Origin: a virus | Direction: 5' to 3' (one strand) | IMG/VR virus record: IMGVR_UViG_3300045988_118131 | Length of the DNA: 64,000 nt | The notes under the pieces: generated by a model | The model's input: the letters and a program-made list of their open reading frames with translations, nothing else | What the model was told of the DNA's origin: nothing | Databases searched by the model: none | Shown here: positions 57,705 through 64,000 of the stretch, one piece after another | How positions within the stretch are numbered: position 1 is the first letter of the stretch | How the letters are laid out: each line of letters begins with the position of its first letter | Made by a program: the position numbers and the translations under genes

Positions 57705-58013
57705 ATGAATTTAAACGAACAGTTATCTAAATTAGTCAAAGACAAATTCCGCGAGGAAATACAAAAACTACCATTGAGCAGTATTTCCTATTTAAAAAAT
57801 GGTGGAAAAACAGTCAGATTATCAAAAAAGGGAGGTAAAAATAAGATTCACATAAAGAAGGAAAATAGAGGTAAGTTTACTGCTTCTGCTAAGGCTGCAG
57901 GGCAGTCAGTACAAGAACATGCACGTAGTGTATTGAATAATCCAAATGCTACACCTCTACAAAAGAAGAGAGCAAACTTTGCACGTAATGCAGCTAAGTG
58001 GCATCATAAATAA
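57705..58013 (+). CDS. small basic protein (102 aa) with YLKNGGK/KKGGK motifs
   Basis: Track ORF with ATG start and TAA stop. Confidence 0.55.
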   Translation: MNLNEQLSKLVKDKFREEIQKLPLSSISYLKNGGKTVRLSKKGGKNKIHIKKENRGKFTASAKAAGQSVQEHARSVLNNPNATPLQKKRANFARNAAKWHHK

Positions 58014-58021
58014 GATTTATT

Positions 58022-59731
58022 ATGAGCGATAAAAATAAATTAGTAAGAAAAATATCAACTGATACTGTTATTCCTTACTTTCCTACTAGTGATAATCTAA
58101 TTAAAGACTTAAAATTAGATAGTATATATAGAAATTCTATCGCTGCTGCTTTTATGCCTCAGTATATAAATGAAAGTGGCGGAAACCCAGAAGAGTGAGT
58201 CAAAACTTCAATGTTTAGAATAGGAGGAAAATTTACTCCTAAGAAATCCCAATTAGTTAAAAATGCAGAAGAACTAAATTCTAAAAGAGATATGAGAAAG
58301 AAACTAATTAAAGGAACTAGTTGACCTAGTACTAAAAAGCGCATGATTAAAAAACAACAGGGAGGAACACTAGATGATGAATTTCTGAATTATGATAATG
58401 TAAATATTTCTGAAACACCTTTACCAGAACTGACCTTTGATACTTCTAATTTTAATCCTTACAATTATATTAGTGAGGAACCATCTAAAAGAGAAGTTCC
58501 GAATCAATCTTCAGAAGAGACTTCTCAGGAACCTAATATTCAAAAGGAAGAGAAGCCTGTTCTAGAAAAGACTGTAAAATCTCCTGACTTCGATCCTAAA
58601 TTAGGATTAATGGGAGAGTTTGTTAAAATAGCTACAGAAGAAGGCATTCCATTTAGGGTAACTAGTGGCTACAGACCTAATTCAATTACTTCAAACGGCT
58701 CTCGCAGTTGACATAGTAAAGGCTTAGCTTTGGATATAATTCCTAAAGAAGGAGTTAGTTGGGAAGTATTTAAGAACTCATTCAACAAAGCTCCTAAAAC
58801 TCTTAAATGAATAAGAGATAATAAGATGGGAATATTAGACGAAACAACTCCAGAAATGTTAGCTAGAACTGGAGGAACAGGAGCTCACTGGCATATAGGA
58901 AGAGATAAAATGGCTGTAGATTCATTCAGTAAAATGTTTCCTATAAGTAAAAATGGAGGAGTTTTAAAGGCTCAATGAGGAACTAAACTTACAGGAGTTT
59001 ATACAGTTAATCCTGGAGATAACTTGACCAAGATTTCTAATTCTTTAGAAATTCCTCAAGACAGCTTACTAAGTTATAATAATATTCCTAAGTCTAAAGC
59101 AAATGATCTAGCAATAGGACAAGAACTTCTGTGAAGAAAGGAGCCAGAATTTCTAGATAATGTAAAGAGATTTTTCTTTGAACCTAAGGAAGAATCAGAC
59201 AAATCAGTGTCTAGAAATAATATAATAGAAAAGAATGTATGACTTAGTAAAACTACTAAACCAGAAGTCAATCCTATTTATTCAACTAGATTTAAAGAAA
59301 AGAATTTTAGAAAGTTTGCCAATACTATGAAAACTATATATTCTGAAGTATTAGACGAATTAGGATTACCTAAGCATAATATATCTAATTTAGTTAGACA
59401 AGATGCGTTAGAAAGTACCTATGGAACTAGCCCTAGAGGTAATGGATACAACTTAGGAGGAATTAAAGTTTTTAATAATAAGGAAACTTTAGGAACTCGA
59501 CATTCTGATGGGTATTACTATAGAAATTTTAAAGACCTGAAAGATTATGCAAGATATAAAATTAAATTACTACATAATGATTACGGAGCCATAGAAGCTC
59601 CGGCAGAACAATTTATAGATGCGTTACACGGAAAGAATAAAAAGAAGAAGATATACAGTGCTGGAAAAGATGCTTATGAGAAATTCAGAAATATGAAGTC
59701 TCTTAATAAATATCTAGATGAATCCAATTAA
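58022..59731 (+). CDS. multidomain peptidoglycan hydrolase (M15-type peptidase + LysM + glucosaminidase-like), 569 aa
   Basis: ATG at 58022. The frame joins track ORFs 58343..58711 and 59327..59731 through TGA at 58196, 58322, 58709, 58808, 58976, 59132 and 59240. SGYRP...S(W)HSKGLALDI...AHWH; LysM YTVNPGDNLTKIS...IGQELL; ALESTYGTSP...NLGGIK. Confidence 0.7.
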
Positions 59732-59776
59732 AGTTGGAATTCTTCTTTTAAATGGTTAAACTAATTTTGTACTAAA

Positions 59777-60040
59777 ATGTCATTTAAAGATTTTATTTGA
59801 GACACAGTATCAGAAGGTAAAAACCCTTCTAGTAAAAGAGTGGCTGGATGCTTAGGATGGTTAGTATGTTTATTAGCCTCTATAGTAGCTATATTTTATG
59901 TTATTCCCAGTCCTAATATAATTGAGATGTTATTTTGATCTAGCTGTGCACTACTAGGTATTGACTCAGTTGCAGGAGCTTTTAAACATAATCCATTTAA
60001 GAAAGATGCCAAAGGTGAAGTACGGAACGGAGGAGTATAG
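59777..60040 (+). CDS. holin-like small membrane protein (87 aa)
   Basis: ATG at 59777, TGA at 59798 and 59936, TAG at 60038. Two hydrophobic segments. Lies next to the hydrolase gene. Confidence 0.4.
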
Positions 60041-60818
60041 GAATGCATATAATAAAAGAAGTCTAGCCAATTACGATTTTAATTCTAAAACCTATAATTT
60101 AGCTAGACCTCTTCCTGATATTGTTGCTACTCCTAAAAATAATTTAGATTTGGGACAGGTAGTTAGAAATGGAACTTCAAAAATAGGTAAACCTATAGGT
60201 GTAGCTATTACTGAATTAGCAGCATTACATCCTGTAATAGGATTAGCTAAAGCTGGAGTAGATGCTAAACTAGCTGTTAATCAAAGAGATAAAATACTTA
60301 ATAGTCTAGCTGCATTACCAATTCCTGTAATTAGAAATCTTACAAAAGCTAGAAAGATTATTAGTCCTGTAACTAAAACTATGAAGAAAGTTGAACCAGG
60401 AGTTACCAGAATTTCGCTAAATAGTCCTAGTAAAGAATTGGGACATATAGACTTAAGTGATTCTTTTGAAAAGACTGCTGGATTTGATACCATCTATCCA
60501 GAGTATATCAAAGTTAATGAAAAAGGTAAGGGATTATCTAAAGCACTTTATGCTGCAGGTATAAAAGATATGAAAAAGCCTATAATAAGTGGAGAAGTAT
60601 TATTACAACCAGAAAAGACAGTTAAAACATATAAATACTTTGATGGACCAGTATTACCTCCTCTTATTATGGAAGAAGGGTATAATTATCCCAGAAAGAT
60701 TATGGTCAAACCAAAGAATCCTAATTTATATGAAGATACTATAAAAGAGTATCAAAATAAAACAGCTAGATATTCGGACAATCTATCAGAATTATGAAAA
60801 TTAGTGAGTAAGAAGTAA
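60006..60818 (+). CDS. hypothetical protein (270 aa)
   Basis: Track ORF 59961..60797 (TTG). I prefer the ATG at 60006. TGA at 60795 is followed by a 6-codon tail to TAA 60816-60818. Confidence 0.5.
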
Positions 60819-61603
60819 TGAAACTAAATATAAGAAAATTTCAAAAAGGTGGAAGTAGTAGACTTCCTACATTTAGTCTACCAGAAATAAATATTTATCC
60901 CAATAATAAATGAGGAGATATTGCTAGAAAACAAGGACTAGAAACTGCTAGGAACTGGAGAAAAGTTAGAGAGGGAACAACAGCTGGAATTAATGAATTT
61001 GTTAACGACCCAAGAGCACAGTTTGTTCAAGCCTTATTACCCTTACCTGAAGGATTAGAATATCTTGGAATGGTAGGCAGAAAGGCAATAAAAAGTAAGG
61101 CAGCACAACTAGCTGCAAAACAACTAAATAGAAATATAGATAAAACTAAACTAATTCCTAAGTCACTTCCATCAAATGTAGGCTGAGCACCTACTCAAAG
61201 TGTTAAGGTTATCCACGATAAAAATAATTCAGAAGCCTTAAAATTATTTTTTCCTGAAAGATGAGATGTAATTAATGAAGGAGCTAACCCATTTGGTATT
61301 TGATTTCAAGGTAAGTGAGGATTGCCTAGAGAGGGAGTTAAAGCAGCTAAGGCAGCTAAAGCTAGAGCACTATTTGCTAATAGACCCTATAGAGTTTCTG
61401 GCACTTTAAAATTAGATAAACCTATACAAACTGTAGGTGAAGTTTCTAATAGAGCTGCTCTAACCAAATCAGCTGAGCAAATGGGGGCAGATGGAGTTAT
61501 ATTCAACAATGTTTACGATAATGGTTATTCCAATAATCAAGTTATATTTAGTTTTAAAGACTTAATAGATGGAATAACAACAAAAAAGGCGGCAGGTAAG
61601 TAA
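60818..61603 (+). CDS. hypothetical protein (261 aa), N-terminus MKLNIRKFQKGG
   Basis: ATG at 60818 (TAATG overlap). Frame open through TGA at 60911, 61184, 61262, 61301 and 61316 into track ORF 61322..61603. Confidence 0.65.
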
Positions 61604-61618
61604 TTACCCGTCGCCTTT
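61585..61618. terminator. bidirectional terminator between convergent genes
   Basis: Long imperfect hairpin AAAAGGCGGCAGGTAA...TTACCCGTCGCCTTTT with A-run and T-run flanks. Confidence 0.55.
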
Positions 61619-61620
61619 TA

Positions 61621-61818
61621 TTATATTTCTGCATTGGTTTTATTCGCATTATGAGTACTATAATAGGGACTTACTGGTGTGTAAGGAGTACTTGTAGTTG
61701 TTGGAAAATTTAATAGCTTTTCCTCAACGATAGCATCCATTAACTTGAATAGCATATCTAAATCAGCAGTAGGAAGAATTTTTGAAAAATTCTTTATAGT
61801 TTGTTTGTAATTAATCAT
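61621..61818 (-). CDS. hypothetical protein (65 aa)
   Basis: Track ORF. Confidence 0.45.
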   Translation of the reverse strand: MINYKQTIKNFSKILPTADLDMLFKLMDAIVEEKLLNFPTTTSTPYTPVSPYYSTHNANKTNAEI

Positions 61819-61819
61819 T

Positions 61820-62026
61820 TTATTGTTCTGTTTTTATGTAAATTCCACAATGACATGTAGATCCAACAGGTTGTTGCTTAAACTCTTGACAAAAACATAT
61901 ATTCTCGTCAGTATGTTCTAATCTACATGGGCAATATCTTTTTCCGTAAAGTTCTTTATTTCTTTTTAATCCAGACTGGACTATTTCAACTAATTCTGGA
62001 TTATCTATTATAGCTACCTTCATCAA
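61820..62026 (-). CDS. ferredoxin-thioredoxin reductase catalytic-subunit-like protein (68 aa)
   Basis: Track ORF. YGKRYCPCR...ICFC...GSTCHCGIY matches the CPC...C(P)C...CHC cluster spacing of FTR beta chains. Confidence 0.55.
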   Translation of the reverse strand: MMKVAIIDNPELVEIVQSGLKRNKELYGKRYCPCRLEHTDENICFCQEFKQQPVGSTCHCGIYIKTEQ

Positions 62027-62237
62027 TTAAAACAGTTTTCTTGAATACATCATAACACTCCTTCTCATCTTTTCCATTTATTTTTAACAATTCCATACAA
62101 GGTGCATCCTCTAGATTTATATCTCCTTCTAAATTATCTAGTAAGTTTTTAGATAGTATTAAAGAGGTTTGACCATTTAAAGATAGAATCTCCAATTTAT
62201 ATGGAAAATGATTACCGTTCCACCTGTTTACATCCAT
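62001..62237 (-). CDS. hypothetical protein (78 aa)
   Basis: Track ORF. Overlaps its neighbours by 26 nt at each end. Confidence 0.4.
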   Translation of the reverse strand: MDVNRWNGNHFPYKLEILSLNGQTSLILSKNLLDNLEGDINLEDAPCMELLKINGKDEKECYDVFKKTVLIDEGSYNR

Positions 62238-62730
62238 TCTCTTTAAATTCGTTATATTGTTCTAATAATATAGGTAAGCTAGACTGTATTCCATACCTGT
62301 CTAGTAAATTGAACAGCTCTTTATATTTTTCATCTACAATTAATGCCATAATTTCTAGTGATAGATGAAAAACTTTTACAGGATTCTTTATTTTATCCTT
62401 TAGTTCCTCTATGATATGCTCTCCTTCCTCTTTTACTTTTTCTTCAAATTCCTCTAAAATGAGATCATCGTCTAACTCTTTAATACTTCCTACACATTCT
62501 TTATTAACTTCTTTTTCATCATTAGCGAGTTCTTTGTCTAATGATTTAACTATTTCTGATAGTTCAGATTTTAACCTAAGCAATTCCTTTCTAAGGAGTT
62601 CAATAGTAGTTTTTTGCTCTTTATTTTCAGCTTGTAATTGTTCAATCTGTTTTACCTTGTCTTGTCCTAATCTCTTTAATTGAGATATAATCCAGGAATT
62701 ATCCATTCCATTAAGTGTTTCATTATTCAT
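62212..62730 (-). CDS. hypothetical coiled-coil protein (172 aa)
   Basis: Track ORF. Confidence 0.5.
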   Translation of the reverse strand: MNNETLNGMDNSWIISQLKRLGQDKVKQIEQLQAENKEQKTTIELLRKELLRLKSELSEIVKSLDKELANDEKEVNKECVGSIKELDDDLILEEFEEKVKEEGEHIIEELKDKIKNPVKVFHLSLEIMALIVDEKYKELFNLLDRYGIQSSLPILLEQYNEFKENGCKQVER

Positions 62731-62756
62731 ATTAATTCATTTTTAATTTAAGATTG

Positions 62757-62842
62757 CGCACGCTATAGGATTCGAACCTATGATGAGGATACCTCCTGGT
62801 AGGTTAACAGCCTACTGCTTTCGTCCACTCAGCCAAACGTAC
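62757..62842 (-). tRNA. type-II (long extra arm, Ser-like body) tRNA with anticodon GUU
   Basis: Manual fold: acceptor GUACGUU/AGCGUGC; D arm GCU-GAGUGGACGAA-AGC; anticodon arm GUAGG-CUGUUAA-CCUAC; 17-nt extra arm (GAGG-UAU-CCUC); T arm AUAGG-UUCGAAU-CCUAU; G73. Confidence 0.7.
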
Positions 62843-63039
62843 AATGATTTTATTTACCTAATTCCCATAATGGAATTACACCCTCACTATTGGTATAATT
62901 CCTGTTGGAGTATAATACATAGGTTTACTAAATGTTTGTATTATCCAACTTCCAGCTTTCTTTACAATTCTTTTTATTGTCTTCATAACTGTAAGAATTA
63001 AGTTAATAAATATGTTTATCTAATAGATAATTAATCTTG

Positions 63040-63111
63040 CGCTTCATGTAGGATTCGAACCCACGTATTAACACTTTAGAGATGTTCGCCTAGCCACTCG
63101 ACCAATGAAGC
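63040..63111 (-). tRNA. suppressor tRNA, anticodon CUA (reads UAG)
   Basis: Manual fold: acceptor GCUUCAU/AUGAAGC; anticodon arm AACAU-CUCUAAA-GUGUU; T arm GUGGG-UUCGAAU-CCUAC; G73. 72 nt. Confidence 0.75.
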
Positions 63112-63122
63112 ATTTGGGAGAT

Positions 63123-63410
63123 TTACACTCCCATTGAAACTAATTCTAGTTTCTTGAATAAAGACCCGTCGTCAACAACAGCTATGGCAGTAGTCTTATT
63201 GTCTAAGTCTGGTTCTTTGAATATTGAGAAGTCCTTGCCAAGTAGGGATAATTTTTCTTTCTCGTGTTCTATATCTGCTGATAAATATATCAAATATTCA
63301 TTACTTCAATCCTTATGCTCTAGCATATATTGAGCAACTGCGTGTCCTCCTTGAACACATCCATATATAGGATTTAATTTTTTATCTATCAGCACGTATA
63401 GTCTTTTCAT
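63123..63410 (-). CDS. PTH2-like peptidyl-tRNA hydrolase candidate (95 aa)
   Basis: ATG at 63410, one in-frame TGA (63306), TAA at 63123. LYVLIDKKL..YGCVQGGHAVAQY...W...YLIYLSA...TTAIAVV...LFKKLELV parallels the PTH2 pattern, and the TGA falls at the family's Trp position. Not in the track. Confidence 0.45.
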
Positions 63411-63717
63411 TTTCAATCAAGCTTTTTACTCTACGTGAAAAATATTCTTTCACATAATCTACTCCTAAGTAATTACCATAACCATTCCAACCTTGGTCTT
63501 TCTTATAATTAGACATAACTGTATTTATATATTCCTCCGCATCAACATTATGTTTAACGATATACCATGCAGTATTTAACGCAAATAAAATACAGCGGTT
63601 ATAATAAACTTCTGAGTTAGCTTGATTTCTAGTTTGATAATCTGCTGATTTTCTATTGGCTTTAGCCTTGATTTGTTTTTCTTCTAATTTTTTAATAGCT
63701 TCTAATAAAGTTTCCAT
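63382..63717 (-). CDS. hypothetical protein (111 aa)
   Basis: Track ORF. Confidence 0.5.
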   Translation of the reverse strand: METLLEAIKKLEEKQIKAKANRKSADYQTRNQANSEVYYNRCILFALNTAWYIVKHNVDAEEYINTVMSNYKKDQGWNGYGNYLGVDYVKEYFSRRVKSLIENEKTIRADR

Positions 63718-63845
63718 AATAATTAATTTTTTAAGTTTAAAAATAGTATCTTACAATTCTCTGAATGATACTTTATTATGGAGAAGCTCTTCCAAAATTA
63801 ATCTATAAAAAAGTGTTCATAATTAATAATTTTAAATTTAGGTAG

Positions 63846-63917
63846 ATCCCGATGTCGGACTCGAACCGACGTTTCAAGATTACAAATCTAGCGTTCTAGC
63901 CTCTGAACTAATTGGGA
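63846..63917 (-). tRNA. tRNA-Thr (anticodon UGU)
   Basis: Manual fold: D arm GUUC-AGAGGCUA-GAAC; anticodon arm CUAGA-UUUGUAA-UCUUG (one mismatch); T arm GUCGG-UUCGAGU-CCGAC; acceptor has one A-C mismatch. Confidence 0.6.
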
Positions 63918-63922
63918 ATATG

Positions 63923-64000
63923 CACGGAAGTCAGGGGTCGAACCCGAATAATCCCTTTTGGAAGGGGACCAACGCTTTTGAAGAGCGTTTCTGTTTGCCG
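63923..64000 (-). tRNA. suppressor tRNA, anticodon UCA (reads UGA), long extra arm; 5' part outside window
   Basis: Anticodon arm ACGCU-CUUCAAA-AGCGU; ~24-nt extra arm (CCCUU-CCAA-AAGGG); T arm UCGGG-UUCGACC-CCUGA; 3' acceptor CUUCCGU; G73. The acceptor 5' strand and D stem are cut off by the window end. Confidence 0.65.

Noticed and set aside
62843-63037. A 36-aa minus-strand ORF between two tRNAs, and a 59-aa GTG-started ORF at 46250-46429.
   Set aside because: They are too short and have no motif or start-signal support.
981-63410. TAG as a second recoded sense codon, prompted by the CUA tRNA.
   Set aside because: No in-frame TAG was found in any gap or CDS I translated. TAG occurs only at CDS ends.
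63923-64000. tRNA(UCA) with a long extra arm as a selenocysteine tRNA.
   Set aside because: About 90 TGA codons are spread over 27 genes at Trp-like positions, with no recognisable SECIS context and no selA/selB-like genes in the window. The tRNA 5' half is missing, so the fold cannot be confirmed.

Overview
AT-rich double-stranded DNA phage segment. Most genes lie on the minus strand (1-57500 and 61621-64000), with a short plus-strand arm at 57705-61603. The ORF track looks fragmented because TGA is read as a sense codon, most likely Trp. By hand count, about 90 in-frame TGAs sit inside 27 of the 57 CDS I call. Once TGA is read through, every CDS ends in TAA (46) or TAG (10), apart from the CDS truncated by the window start, and none needs TGA as its terminator.

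Content, in minus-strand order:
- Packaging and head genes: TerL, portal, scaffold-like protein, putative major capsid protein and an Ig-domain decoration protein.
- A large set of tail-fiber/adhesin genes and several very large virion proteins of 900-1500 aa.
- A complete diversity-generating retroelement (DGR): target gene with variable repeat (VR), Avd, template repeat (TR) and reverse transcriptase.
- A PD-(D/E)XK nuclease carrying an intein.
- A peptidoglycan-hydrolase/holin-like arm on the plus strand.
- A tRNA cluster with UCA (opal-reading) and CUA (amber-reading) anticodons, next to a PTH2-like gene.

Most unusual observations:
1. The DGR template repeat is split by a 296-nt group I intron that has canonical P/Q/R/S core elements. 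The VR matches the ligated TR exons.
2. The intein has the class-3 signature (Gly1, Trp-Cys-Thr triplet) plus a LAGLIDADG endonuclease, and sits in the nuclease DYK|T motif.
3. Two type-II (long extra arm) tRNAs carry unexpected anticodons, GUU and UCA. An amber-suppressor tRNA is present although TAG is used only as a stop, often backed up by TAA.
4. A KxQxGG / GG-h-h-x-AQ-x-G peptide motif recurs in at least 8 otherwise unrelated proteins.

Candidate TAnnTTTG -7 boxes suggest a Bacteroidota host. A crAss-like affiliation is plausible but cannot be verified without searches. All calls come from manual translation and motif recognition; no database search was run.
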